NCBI RefSeq assembly: GCF_044704955.1
Contig: NC_091992.1
Location: forward strand, 3,968,001 to 4,032,000
Direction: 5' to 3'
Source of the DNA: Pristiophorus japonicus
Lineage: Eukaryota
DNA length: 64,000 nt
Shown: piece after piece, positions 40,128 to 52,830 of the stretch
Numbering within the stretch: the stretch's first letter is position 1
Layout: the number at the start of each line of letters is the position of its first letter
Notes under the pieces: generated by a model
Told to the model about the DNA's origin: nothing
Databases searched by the model: none
The model's input: only the letters and a program-made list of their open reading frames with translations
Made by a program: the position numbers and the translations under genes

Positions 40128-41077
40128 CCTGCCCCGCTCCGTATCCCAGGGTCGCTCAGGCTCACCCCCATCGTGCTGTAACCCCGTACACTGGATCGTA
40201 CCACGGATTATCACCACATCCAATGTCAATCCTGAAATATCACTGAGGACCAAAGTGTTACAGGCTAAAATCACAGTTTATATTTATTTAGACTTAAAAC
40301 GTACCGAGAGAATAAGAACAATAAGCAGCAGGCAAGATTTTCATACTTGTGGTAGACAGCGCATCTTAAAGGGCCTTTTAACAGTTGTGGCTATTGTTCT
40401 TTCTGCAAAGAAAAAAAGGTTCATTATCTCAGGACACTGGTTGCCCGATGAACTCCTCACGGAGTTTTCACGGTCTCTCAGCAGTGTATGTAATTCCAGC
40501 TTTTGTTTTGAACTGTTCCTTACGAAACGCTCAGAGTGAGAACGGGACAGGCAGCACAGAACCTGCTTTTTCCCCTTTTTGAATTTAGGATTGCTTGTTA
40601 CACGCAATTACATCGATTATCGAAAGTGGCAATACTCCTCCCGAGCACGTCCTGGTTTTACCGAAACTGGCCGATGGGATCCGGGCAGGATTCCGAGGAA
40701 CTCCCCTCTCTCTGTAGAAAATGGAATCCGATCGATCACGGAGATAGCTGGACAAAACCTACTGCCCCTTAGACACAGGACACCGGCACCCAATCAGCAG
40801 GTTCCGAGGAGATTGTGGTTTTGGGGTTTACTGATCGGAAATTATCTGGGAGTTTTACCGGCAACATCCCAGGTGGAGCGTCTGACTTCATCGCGACTTT
40901 GAACTTCTTTCCCCCAGGGAACGATCCCCATCTCCTCGTCTACCACGTGTAAAGACACAGTCAGATCCCTGCCTGTCCTTCAGCTGAAACAAGCTTCATA
41001 GAGAACAGTCGGCATTCACATCCCGAGCTCCCAACAACCCATATCCAGATCCCCCTCACCCAGTGATGCCAGAGGCA

Positions 41078-42275
41078 AACAACAACGCTTGCATTTATAC
41101 AGCCCCTTGAACGTAGAAAAAACATCCCAGGGCGCTTCACAAGAGCGTAAATCAATTCAAATTTAACACCGAGCCACATAAGGAGATAATAGAAACATTG
41201 AAACATAGAAAATAGGTGCAGGAGTAGGCCATTCGGCCCTTCGAGCCTGCACCGCCATTCAATATGATCATGGTTCATCTCAGTACCCCATTCCTGCTTT
41301 CTCTCCTTACCCCTTGATCCCTTTATCCGTAAGGGCCATATCTAACTCCCTTTTGAATAGGACAAATGAGGTAGGTTTTAAGGAGAGTCTTAAAAGGAGG
41401 AGAGAGGTGAATAGGTTTAGGGAGGGAGTTTCAGAGCTTGGGGCCCAGGCAGCTGAAGGCACAGCCACCGATGGCAGAGTGATTAACATCAGGGCTGTGC
41501 AAGAGGGAAGAATTAGAGGAATGCAGAGACCTGGAAGGGGGGGGGGGGGGGTCTGTGGTGCGGGAGGAGATTACAGAGATAGGGAGGGTTGAGGCCATGG
41601 AGGGAGTTAAAAATAAAGATGAGCATTTTGAAATTGAGGCGTTTCTGGACCGGGAGCCAATGTAGGTCAGCGAGCACAGGGGGTGATGGGTGAGCGGGAC
41701 TTGGTGCGAGTTAGGACACGGGGCAGTGAGCACAGGGGGTGATGGGTGAGCGGGACTTGGTGCGAGTTAGGACACGGGGTCAGCGAGCACAGGGGGTGAT
41801 GGGTGAGCGGGACTTGGTGCGAGTTAGGACACGGGGCAGTGAGCACAGGGGTGATGGGTGAGTGGGACTGGGTGCGAGTTAGGACACGGGACAGTGAGCA
41901 CAGGGGGTGATGGGTGAGTGGGACTGGGTGCGAGTTAGGACATGGGACAGTGAGCACAGGGGGTGATGGGTGAGTGGGACTCGGTGTGAGTTAGGACACG
42001 GGGCAGTGAGCACAGGGGGTGATGGGTGAGTGGGACTCGGTGTGAGTTAGGACACGGGGCAGTGAGCACAGGGGGTGATGGGTGAGCGGGACTCGGTGCG
42101 AGTTAGGACACGGGACAGTGAGCACAGGGGGTGATGGGTGAGCGGGACTCGGTGTGAGTTAGGACATGGGGCAGTGAGCACAGGGGGTGATAGGTGAGTG
42201 GGACTCGGTGCGAGTTAGGACACGGGGCAGCCGAGGGTTGAAGTTTGTGGTGGGTGGGAGACGGGAGGCCGGTGT
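41078..42275 (-). mobile_element. L2 3' fragment with 56-bp array (about 10 units, 41670-42230) and nested CR1 tail (41189-41358)
   Basis: Reverse complement of the 31020-32015 type element. Confidence 0.85.
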
Positions 42276-42544
42276 AGAACAGTGTGATCAGGATCCCTGT
42301 CCAGTAGCAGAAAGAGTTAGAATCGCTCTGGGCAAAATTAGCAATTGACGCATTTATTTTTAAACACGGTAATAGCTTCATTAATATGACAGCTGTGGTT
42401 TTAAGACGCGATTAGATCTTGCAGAATGGTCCTCTCACATTGTACAACGACGCTTGCCCACTGCTGAGCGAAGGGCTTTGTGTAAAGCTGCAATGGGGGA
42501 TAGTCGATTGGCAGTAATTGATCTGGGAGTTGAAGCAGACCCGG

Positions 42545-42940
42545 GAGTGTATTCCCTGAAATTTAGAGGGTTAAGGGGTGATCTGATCGGTTTTCAGGAT
42601 ATTCAGAGGAACGGATAGGGTAGATCGAGAGAAACTATTGCCGCTGGTTGGGGGGTCTCGGACTAGGGACAGAGTCTAAAGATTAGAGCCAGGCTTTTCA
42701 GGAGTGAGATTAGGAAACACCTCTACACACACAGGGAGGTAGAAGTTTGGAAAACTCTTCCGCAATCGGCAATTGATGCTGGGTCAATTATTAATTTTAA
42801 ATCGGTGCTTGATTTATGTTAAGCAAAGGTGTCATGCGATATGGGCCACAGACGGGTATATGGAGTTAGCGCGCAGATCTGCCGTCATCTCATGGAATGA
42901 TGGAACAGGCTCGAGTAAATGAATGTACTTCCTCCTGTTG
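42545..42940 (+). mobile_element. CR1 3' fragment
   Basis: Similar to 16230-16820. Confidence 0.75.
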
Positions 42941-43117
42941 CGAGGATCCAGGGGTCAATTCTCTCACTCTGCAAACTCCTCTCCCCAACTGAACTGTTGG
43001 CCTGCCTTTTATTCTTCACAGGCTGGGAGGTGTTCCTGATTAGAGGCAATTAAGGTCAACGATTTCCAAAAATGTTATTGACTTGTCAAGGTCATTTCTG
43101 ACATTTTGTATAACTTA

Positions 43118-46100
43118 ACATAAGAACATGAGAAATAGGAGCAGGAGTCGGCCATTCGGCCCCTCGAGCCTGTTCTGCCATTCAATAAGATCATGGCTGA
43201 TCCGATCTTAACCTCAACTCCACTTCCCTGCCCGCTCCCCATAACTCTAACTCCCTTATCGTTCAAAAATCTGTCTATCTCCGTCTTAAATATATTCAAT
43301 GACCCAGCCTCCACAGCTCTCTGGGGCAGAGAATTCCACAGATTAACAACCCTCAGAGAAGAAATTCCTCCTCATTTCTGTCTTGAATGGGCGACCCCTT
43401 ATTCTGAAAGTGTTGTGTATCTGTAAAGCATGCACTCCCATGTTCCGTCACCAGGGAGTGCTTCCCCTGAAGTCCCAAGGGATCCCAGCATCCCTTGGGA
43501 GCACTGTATATAAGCCGGCCCCCAAGGCCTGCTCCTCACTCTGGAGTGTCTTATTAAAGACTGAGGTCACTGTCACTTTAACCTCCCTGTGTGCAGTCTC
43601 ATCTGTGTTAGGAACACAATAACTGGCAAAGAGAATACGAAACTGGGCATCCTGGAGAAGTTCTGGAGGGTGAGGACTGGGAAGCCTATGTCGAACGGCT
43701 AGACCAGTACTTTGTAGCCAACGAGCTGGACGGAGAAGGAAGCGCTGCAAAAAGGGGAGCGGTCCTCCTCACGGTCTGTGGGGCTCCGACCTACAGCCTC
43801 ATGAAGAATCTTCTGGCTCCGGTGAAACCCACAGATAAGTCGTATGAGGAGCTGTGTACACTGGTTCGGGAACATCTTAACCCGAGGGAGAGCGTGCTGA
43901 TGGTGAGGTATCGGTTCTACACGTGCCAGCGATCTGAAGGTCAGGAAGTGGCGAGCTACGTCGCCGAGCTAAGGCCACTTGCAGGACAATGTGAGTTTGA
44001 TGGCTACCTGGAGCAAATGCTCAGAGACTTTTTTGTACTGGGCACTGACCACTAGATCATCCTACAAAAACTTTTGACTGTAGAGACACCGACCGTCAGT
44101 AAGGCCATTGCGATAGCACAGGAGTTTATGTCCACCAGTGATAATACCAAACAAATCTCTCAGCACACAAGTGCTAGCAATGTTCATAAATTAACTGGAA
44201 CTGTGTTTGCGAGCAGAAATGTACAGGGCAGAACCCACGAGTCTGCAACTGCCAGCAGGCCTCGGGTGACCCAGATAACTCAGAGGCCCCAACAAAGGAT
44301 GAATGCAAGACAATTCACACTTTGTTGGCATTGTGGAGGCTTCCATTCAGCCTATTCATGCCACTTCAAAGGGTATGTTTGCAAGAGCTGTGGAACAAAG
44401 GGGCACCTCCAACAAGCTTGCAAACGAGCTGCTAGCTCTGCAAAACCTGCTAACCACCACGTGGCAGAGGAAGATCGGTCCATGGTGGATCAAAGCAATT
44501 TTGAGCCTGAGAGAGGAGGCAGATGCTGAAGTACACGGGGTGCACACATTTTCGACGAAATGTCCGCCTATAATGCTAAACATAAAATTGAATGTCCCGG
44601 GCGATGGCCCCACACTGCTTGGAAGGAGCTGGCTGGGCAAAATCCGCTGGAACTGGGATGACATCCGAGCGCTATCACATGTCGATGAGGCCTCATGTAC
44701 CCAGGTTCTTAACAAATTTCCTTCCCTTTTTGAGCCAGGTATTGGAAACTTTTCCGGGGCGAAGGTGCGGATCCACTTGGTCCCAGAGGCACGACCCATT
44801 CACCACAAGGCGCGAGCGGTACCTCACATGATGAGGGAGAGAGTGGAAATCAAGCTGGACAGGCTGCAACACGAGGGCATCATCTCCCCAGTGGAATTCA
44901 GTGAGTGGGCCAGCCCGATTGTTCCAGTACTCAAAAGTGATGGCATGGTCAGGATTTACGGCAATTATAAAGTAACTATTAATCGTTTCTCGCTACAGGA
45001 CCAATACCCGCTATCTAAGGCAGATGACCTATTTGCGACACTGGCAGGAGGCAAGACGTTCACCAAGCTCGACCTGACTTCGGCCTACATGACGCAGGAG
45101 CTGGAGGAGTCTTCGAAGGGCCTCACCTGCATCAACACGCACAAGGGACTGTTCATCTACAACAGATGCCCGTTTGGAATTCGGTCGGCTGCAGCGATCT
45201 TCCAGAGAAACATGGAGAGCCTACTCAAGTCGGTACCACACATGGTGGTCTTTCAGGACGACATATTGGTCACGGGTCGGGACACCGCCAAGCACCTACA
45301 AAACCTGGAGGAGGTCCTCCAGCGACTGGATCGCGTAGGGCTGCGGCTGAAGAGGTAGAAATGCATCTTCATGGCAACAGAAGTGGAGTTTTTGGGGAGA
45401 AAGATCGCGGCGGACGGCATTCGGCCCACAGACGCCAAGACAGAGGCTATCAGGAACACGCCCAGGCCACAGAACGTCACGGAGCTGCGGTCGTTCATGG
45501 GACTCCTCAACTATTTTGGTAACTTCCTACCAGGGTTAAGCACCCTTTTAGAATCCCTACATGTGTTATTGCGCAAAGGTGAGAACCTTTGGGGGGAAAA
45601 AAACAAGTAATTGCTTTTGAGAAAGCCAGAAACATTTTATGCTCCAACAAGCTGCTTGTATTGTATAACCCGTGTAAAAGACTTGTGCTAGCACAGGATG
45701 CGTCGTCATATGGAGCCGGGTGTGTATTACAACAAGCTAACGTTGCGGGGAAGTTGCAACCTGTCTCCTATGCCTCCAGGAGCTTGTCTAAGGCCGAGAG
45801 CGCCTACAGCATGATTGAGAAAGAGGCATTAGCGTGTGTGTTCAGGGTAAAGAAAATGCATCAGTACCTGTTTGGCCTCAAATTTGAGCTGGAAACCGAT
45901 CACAAGCCCCTCATATCCCTGTTCGCTGAAAACAAGGGGATAAATACTAATGCCTCAGCCCGCATACAAAGGTGGGTACTCGCGCTATCAGCGCATAACT
46001 ATACCATCCGCCACAGGCCAGGCACCGAGAACTGTGCGGATGCTCTCAGTCGGCTACCATTGTCCACCACGGGGGTGGAAATGGCGCAGCCTGCAAACTT

Positions 46101-48670
46101 GTTGTTGGTGGTACAGCCCGCAGACTTGTTGATGGTCATGGAAGCATTTGAAAATGATAAATCACCTGTCACGGCCCGCCAGATTAGGACTTGGACCGGC
46201 CAAGATCCTCTGCTGTCCCTAGTAAAAAACTGTACTGTATGGGAGCTGGGCCAGCATCCCCATTGAAATGCAAGAGCCAATCAAGCCGTTCCAGCGGCGA
46301 AAGGACGAGCTGTCCATTCAGGCAGACTGCCTGTTGTGGGGTAACCGTGTAGTGTTACCCAAAAAGGGCAGGGAGATGTTCATCTCGGATCTCCACAGCA
46401 CACACCCGGGTATAGTAATGGTGAAAGCGATAGCCAGATCCCACGTGTGGCGGCCCGGTATCGACTCTGACTTAGAGTCCTGTATACGGCAATGCAGGGT
46501 GTGTGCTCAGTTGAGCAATGCGCCCAGAGAGGCACCACTAAGTTTGTGGTCCTGGCCCTCCAGACCATGGTCGAGGATCCATGTTGACTATGCGGGCCCG
46601 TTTCTCGGTAAAATGTTCCTGGTGGTGGTGGATGCTTTTTCCAATGTGAAACAATGTCGGGAAGCACCGCCACCACCACCATTGAAAGCCTGAGGGCCAT
46701 GTTTGCCACCCACGGCCTGCCTGACATACTGGTCAGTGACAACGGGCCATGTTTCACCAGTGCTAAATTTAAAGAATTCATGACCCGCAATGGGATCAAA
46801 CATATTATCTCGGCCCCGTTTAAACCAGCCTCCAATGGGCAGGCAGAGCGGGCAGTACAAACCATCAAACAGAGCCTTAAACAAGTCACAGAAGGCTCAC
46901 TCCAAACCCGCCTGTCCTGAGTACTGCTCAGCTACCGCACGAGACCCACTCGCTCACAGGGGTGCCCCCGGCTGAGCTACTCATGAAAAGGATACTTAAA
47001 ACCAGACTCTCGCTGGTTCACCCCAACCTGCATGATCAGGTAGAGAGCAGGCGGCAGCAACAAAATGTAAACCACTGTGTCACGGGAAATTGATCTGAAT
47101 GACCCTGTGTATGTGCTAAACTATGGCCATGGTCCCAAGTGGATCGCGGGCACGATGATAGCTAAAGAAGGGAGTAGGGTGTTTGTAGTCAAATTAGACA
47201 ATGGACAAATTTGCAGAAAGCACCTGGACCAAACGAGGCTGCGGTTCACAGACTGCCCTGAACAACCCACAGCAGACACCACCTTTTTTGAGCCCACAAC
47301 ACACACCCAAAGGATCAACGACACCACCCCGGACCAGGAAATCGAACCCATCACGCTCAACAGCCTAGGCTCACCCAGCAGCCCTGCAGGGCCAACAACA
47401 CGCCAGCCCAGCGAGGGCACAGCCAACACACCAGAACAGACATTTGTACCGAGGTGGTCCACCAGGGAAAGAAAGGCTCCCGACCGCCTCACCTTGTAAA
47501 TAGTTTTCACTTTGACTTTGTGGGGGGAGTGATGTTGTGTATCTGTAAAGCATGCACTCCCATGTTCCGCCACCAGGGAGCTCATCCCCTGAAGTCCCAA
47601 GGGATCCCTGCATCCCTTGGGAGCACTGTATATAAGCCGGCCCCTAAGGCCTATTCCTCACTCTGGAGTGTCTTATTAAAGACTGAGGTCACTGTTACTT
47701 TAACCTCCTTGTGTGCAGTCTCATCTGTGTTAGGAACACAATAGAAAGTATGCCTCCTAGTTCTAGATTCCCTCATGAGGGGAAACATCCTCTCTGCATC
47801 TACTTTGTGAAGACCTCTCGGAATCTTATATGTTTCAAAAAGATCACCTCTCCTTTTTTTAAACTCCAATGAGTAGAGGCCCAAACTGCTCAACCTATCT
47901 TCATAAGTCAACCCCTCATCTCCGGAATCAACCGAGTGAACCTTCTCTGAACAGCCTCCAATGCAAGTATATCCTTTCTTAAATACGGAGACCAAAACTG
48001 TAGGCAGTACTCCAGGTGTGGCCTCACCAACACCCTGTACAGTTGTAGCAGGACGTCTCTGCTTTTATACTCCATCCCCCTTGCAATAAAGGCCAACATT
48101 TCATTTGCCGTCCTGATCACTTGCTGTACCTGCATACTAACTTTTTGTGTTTCATGTACAAGGACCCCCAGGCCCCGCTGCACTGCAGCATTTTGTAATC
48201 GCTCCCCACTTCAATAGTAATTTACTTTTTTACTTTTCCGACCAAAGTGGATAACTTCACATTTTCCCACATTATACTCCATCTGCCAATTTTTTGCCTA
48301 CTCACTGAGCCTGTCTACATCCCTTTGAAGATTTTTTGCAACCTGCTTTCCCACCTATCTGCATCAGCAACAAATGTGGTTACATTACACTCGGTCTCTT
48401 CATCCAAGTCATTAATATAGGTTGTAAATAGTTGAGGCCCCAGCACGATCCCTGGGGCACCCCACTAGTCACTGTTTGCCAACCGGAAAATGACCCATTT
48501 ATCCCGACTCTCTGTTTTCTGTTAGTTAGCCAATCCTCTATCCATGCTAATATATTGCCCCCAGCCCAGTGAACTTTTATCTTGTGCGTAACCTTTTATC
48601 GAATGCCTTCTGGAAATCCAAATACACCACATCCACTGGTTCCCCCCTTTACCAACCCTGCTGGTTACAC
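43118..48670 (-). mobile_element. CR1 fragment interrupted by the Gypsy element (pieces 43118-43410 and 47749-48670)
   Basis: The two pieces read contiguously across the GAAAG target duplication. Confidence 0.88.
43411..47743 (+). mobile_element. Ty3/Gypsy LTR retrotransposon (Mag-like, inferred), decayed
   Basis: 211-bp LTRs 43411-43621 and 47533-47743 (10 mismatches by hand count); 5-bp TSD GAAAG; PBS-like TGGCAAAGAG; PPT GGGGGGAGTGA; Gag CCHC knuckles, RT (FQDD), RNase H (DASSYG, TDHKPL), integrase (HHCC, IHVDYAGP, SDNG, NGQAER). Confidence 0.96.
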
Positions 48671-49046
48671 TTCTTAAAGTTGCAGCTCTATCGTGGATAC
48701 AGAGCTCTCGAAAGGCCGTGGCTCACGTTTCCTCCCTCTCCCACTCTGTTACAGAGTTTACTGATTGTTCGTATGTGGCAGAGCCCGACACAGCACAACC
48801 ACTCCCAGTAACGCCCCCATAACAAGGGGATCAGCACCCATTCCCTGCCCCTTCACGCCCATTCCCGGGAATCTGCTGCCACAGAGATTGGCAAAGGGAT
48901 ATGGAAAAGATGCTGGAATGAGTTAGAAATCAGTGGATGGCATTCAGTGCTGGTAATGGTGAGATGCGGCATTTTTGTAAAGATAGTAAGAGCAGCGATG
49001 GTACTGCGGGTGTCAGTGGAGACCTGGCTAACCTTAAAGGTTGCCT

Positions 49047-49370
49047 TTGTATTTTTATTTGTGTCTCCCAGGAATTATCCCGCCATTCACACTCTATCTA
49101 GACTCATCTTTTGTTTCCTAACTTGTCCCATTACCATCTCAATTGGACCCATCATCCCTTTTGTCTCTCTAATCTCTCCTGCCTTCCACCCAATCACAGA
49201 CCTTCCCTTTTGTTCTTTCCTCCCCTCCCCTCTTTCAGGGCCCCCTGCTCTTCCTTAAACATTTTGAACTTTTCCCGTTCTGACGAAGGGTCACAGACCC
49301 CAAATGCTAACTGTCTCTCTCCACAGATGCTGCCTGACCCGCTGAGATTTCCCGCATTCTCCGTTTTATT
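49047..49370 (+). mobile_element. Penelope-like fragment with degenerate minimal hammerhead motif (49280-49310)
   Basis: CTGACGA-AGGGTC-ACA-GACCC-cAAA; flanked by a 16-bp near-direct repeat (49031-49046 and 49371-49386). Confidence 0.6.
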
Positions 49371-49373
49371 ACC

Positions 49374-49451
49374 TTAAAAGTTGTCTGTGTCGTTTATCGG
49401 GTCCTGCCCCCTGCCCAGCTTCCGCTGTCGATCGAAAACCCAACACTTTGC
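49374..49451 (-). CDS. XAF1: XAF1 last coding exon
   Basis: Pyrimidine-rich acceptor; AKCWVFDRQRKLGRGQDPINDTDNF* supplies the last zinc-finger Cys; total CDS 816 bp = 271 aa + stop. Confidence 0.8.
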   Translation of the reverse strand, partial: AKCWVFDRQRKLGRGQDPINDTDNF

Positions 49452-49649
49452 CTGGATGGGGGAGAATGGGGAGAAGGTAAGGCGATTGATGGACAAGCAT
49501 GGAGGGTCAGGAAGTCTCTCAGAGCCCCTCTCGCTCCGGGACTCAGCCGGAACAATTCCTGGGATTGCCGCAGACCATCCGGCGTGGTTACACCGAGGGA
49601 GGGGGAGCAGCTCGGGGACATTCGCTGCCTGAGAGTCAATCCTTAGTCT

Positions 49650-50445
49650 CAGCTACAGCTCAGTGGCTAGTGCTCTCGCTTCCGTATCAGCCCGGGGTTC
49701 AAACCCCCACTCCACAGATTTCAGCACAAAATCCAGGCTGACAATCCCCGTGCAGTACTGAGGGAGTGTCGGAGGGGCAGTACCGAGGGAGTGTCAGAGG
49801 GGCAGTACTGAGGGAGCGCCGCACTGTCGGAGGGGCAGTGCTGAGGGAGTGTCGAAGGGGCAGTACTGAGGGAGCGCCGCACTGTCGGAGGGGCAGTACT
49901 GAGGGAGTGCCGCGCTGTCGGAGGAGCAGTGCTGAGGGAGTGCCGCGCTGTCGGAGGGGCAGTGCTGAGGGAGCGCCGCACTGTCGGAGGGGCAGTGCTG
50001 AGGGAGCGCCGCACTGTCGGAGGGCCAGTGCTGAGGGAGCGCCGCACTGTCGGAGGGCCAGTGCTGAGGGAGCGCCGCACTGTCGGAGGGGCAGTGCTGA
50101 GGGAGCGCCGCACTGTCGGAGGGGCTATCTTTTGGATGAGACGTTAAACTGAGGCCCCGTCTGCTCTCTCGGGTGGATATAAAAGATTCCATGGCCACTA
50201 TTTTGAAGAAGGGCAGGGAAGTTATCCCTGGTGCCCCGGGGTCAATATTTATCTCTCGTTCCACATCACTAAAGCAGATTCTCTGGGTCATTATCGCATT
50301 GCTGTGTGTGGGAGCTTGCTGTGCACAAATTGGCTGCCGCGTTTCCCACATTACAACAGTGACTACACTCCAAAAGTACTTCGTTGGCTGTGAAGCTCTC
50401 TGGGGCGTGCGATGGTGGTGAACAGTGCAAGTCTTTATTTTTCTT
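49650..50445 (+). mobile_element. Full-length Deu-type SINE with 33-bp array (about 12 units)
   Basis: Head, array, Deu core and tail are all recognisable. Confidence 0.85.
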
Positions 50446-50550
50446 TTACCAGTTATCAGGGACTTGAGTAATTGAGGAGATTAAATGTATTCCTTTAATA
50501 TAAAGTGGGAAACATTAACAAAGTGATGGCCACGTGTCAGGATGGGTTAC

Positions 50551-50793
50551 CTGGTGCTGTTCGAGCAGCTCAATCGGCAGGGCACAGTCACACACCGGGC
50601 AGCAACCGATTTCATCCAAGTCTTCACTCTCAGCGAAAGCCCAAGGGGAGGAGAGGGGAGGAGCTCGGAGGGGGTGAGGGGGAAAGGGCGAAAGGAAAGC
50701 GGCAGCAGGGAGGCGAAGGCGGGGGGAGAGAGGGTCTTGGCAGTGGGACAGACGAATTCTTCCCACCATCTCCGAGAGAGTCTGGCACCGGCC
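50551..50793 (-). CDS. XAF1: XAF1 coding exon 6
   Basis: 243 bp, phase 0; ends DEIGCCPVCDCALPIELLEQHQ (C-terminal XAF1 zinc finger). Confidence 0.85.
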
Positions 50794-50876
50794 CTGTGAA
50801 CGCAGAGGGAGAGCGGATCGATCACAGGTCACCTCATCGCGCGGAAACCAACCCTGGACCTGCCCACAGAGGGACA

Positions 50877-51772
50877 GACCCGCTCCCCCAGTCCCCTGGG
50901 CCCAGTCCCGCTCTTCCCCAGTCCCCTGGGCCCAGTCCCGCTCTCCCCCAGTCCCCTGGGCCCGGTCCCGCTCCCCCAGTCCCCTGGGCCCAGTCCCGCT
51001 CTCCCCCAGTCCCCTGGGCCCGGTCCCGCTCCCCCCGTACCCTGGGCCCGGTCCCGCTCTCCCCCAGTCCCCTGGGCCTGGTCCCGCTCTCCCCCAGTCC
51101 CCTGGGCCCGGTCCCGGTCCCGCTCCCCCCGTACCCTGGGCTCGGTCCCGCTCCCCCAGTCCCCTGGGCCCAGTCCCGCTCCCCCCGTACCCTGGGCCCA
51201 GTCCCGCTCCCCCCGTACCCTGGGTCCAGTCCCGCTCTCCCCCAGTCCCCTGGGCTTGGTCCCGCTCCCCCAGTCCCCTGGGCCCGGTCCCGCTCCCCCA
51301 GTACCCTGGGCCCGGTCCCGCTCCCCCAGTACCCTGGGCCCGGTCCCGCTCTCCCCCAGTCCCCTGGGCCTGGTCCCGCTCTCCCCCAGTCCCCTGGGCC
51401 CGGTCCCGGTCCCGCTCCCCCCGTACCCTGGGCTCGGTCCCGCTCCCCCAGTCCCCTGGGCCCAGTCCCGCTCCCCCCGTACCCTGGGCCCAGTCCCGCT
51501 CCCCCCGTACCCTGGGTCCAGTCCCGCTCTCCCCCAGTCCCCTGGGCTTGGTCCCGCTCCCCCAGTCCCCTGGGCCCGGTCCCGCTCCCCCAGTACCCTG
51601 GGCCCGGTCCCGCTCCCCCAGTACCCTGGGCCCGGTCCCGCTCCCCCAGTACCCTGGGCCCGGTCCCGCTCCCCCAGTACCCTGGGCTTGGTCCCGCTCC
51701 CCCAGTCCCCTGGACCCGGTCCCGCTCCCCCAGTCCCCTGGGCCCGGTCCCGCTCCCCCAGTACCCTGGGCC
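50877..51772. repeat. 28-30-bp C-rich minisatellite
   Basis: CCCGCTCCCCCAGTCCCCTGGGCCCGGT; fills most of the intron between XAF1 coding exons 5 and 6. Confidence 0.95.
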
Positions 51773-51799
51773 TGCTGATAGGCCGATGCCAGCTCTCAC

Positions 51800-51870
51800 C
51801 TGGTGATGCAGGAGTTGATCTTCAGGAAACAGCTTCGTGCAGAACTCACACGCAACTTCTGAGGATTCCC
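51800..51870 (-). CDS. XAF1: XAF1 coding exon 5
   Basis: 71 bp; ESSEVACEFCTKLFPEDQLLHHQ; donor GTGAG. Confidence 0.85.
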
Positions 51871-51942
51871 CTATTAAGGAAGCAGACACAAAATGGGAAA
51901 TACAAATTAACAAATTGTGGGCCGAAGTCAGACACTTCGCAT

Positions 51943-52625
51943 CAGCTGTAGCTCAGTGGGCAGCACCTCACCTCCGAGTCACAAGGGCGTATGTTCAAGT
52001 CCAAATCCAGAGACCTGAGCACAAAATGCAGTGCAGTACTGAGGGAGTGCCGCACTGTCAGAGGGGCAGTACTGAGGGAGTGCCGCACTGTCAGAGGGGC
52101 AGTACTGAGGGAGTGCCGCACTATCGGAGGAGCAGTACTGAGGGAGTGCCGCACTGTTGGAGGGGCAGTACTGAGGGAGCGCCGCACTGTCGGAGGGGCA
52201 GTGCTGAGGGAGCGGCGCACTGTCGGAGGGGCAGTTCTGAGGGAGTGCCGCACTGTCGGAGGGGCAGTACTGAGGGAGTGCTGCACTATTGGAGGTGCCG
52301 TCATTCAGGCGAGATGTTAAACCGAGGCCCCATCTGCCCTCTCAGGTGGACGTAAAAGATCCCACTGTCACTATTTTGAAGAAGAGGGTTGGGGTGGGGG
52401 GGAAAAAGATCTTCCCGGTGTCCTGGGGCCAATATTTATCCCTCAACCAACATCAGTAAAACAGATTATCGGGTCATTATCACATTGGTGTTTGTGGGAG
52501 CTTGCTGTGCACAAATTGGCTGCCACATTTCCCACATTACACCAGTGATACACTGCACCAGTACTTCATTGGCTGTGGAGGTTTGGCGTGTCCGGTGGTG
52601 AAAGGCGCTATACAAATGCGAGTCT
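51943..52625 (+). mobile_element. Full-length Deu-type SINE with 33-bp array (about 8 units)
   Basis: Same organisation; the tail ends about 12 bp from the XAF1 exon 4 donor. Confidence 0.85.
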
Positions 52626-52637
52626 CAGTCTGCGTAC

Positions 52638-52830
52638 CCAGTGCGGTGCTCCGCTCGCTCAGACACGTTTCCCCGTGCCGTTCCTGCTCGCTGTACATGA
52701 CGTACTTCCCGCAGTCCGTGCAGCGCTCCGTCCGACTCCCGCACACCTCCTCGTGCTCCGCGAGCGCGCGACATGGAGTCTCTAGCTCACAGTAACGGCA
52801 GCTCAGCAAACGCTCGACGCAGTCTTCACC
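52638..52830 (-). CDS. XAF1: XAF1 coding exon 4
   Basis: 193 bp; GEDCVERLLSCRYCELETPCRALAEHEEVCGSRTERCTDCGKYVMYSEQERHGETC. Confidence 0.92.

Noticed and set aside
43801-47499. Domesticated Gag/Pol gene or active retrotransposon
   Set aside because: Multiple stops and frameshifts, protease deletion and diverged LTRs indicate decay.
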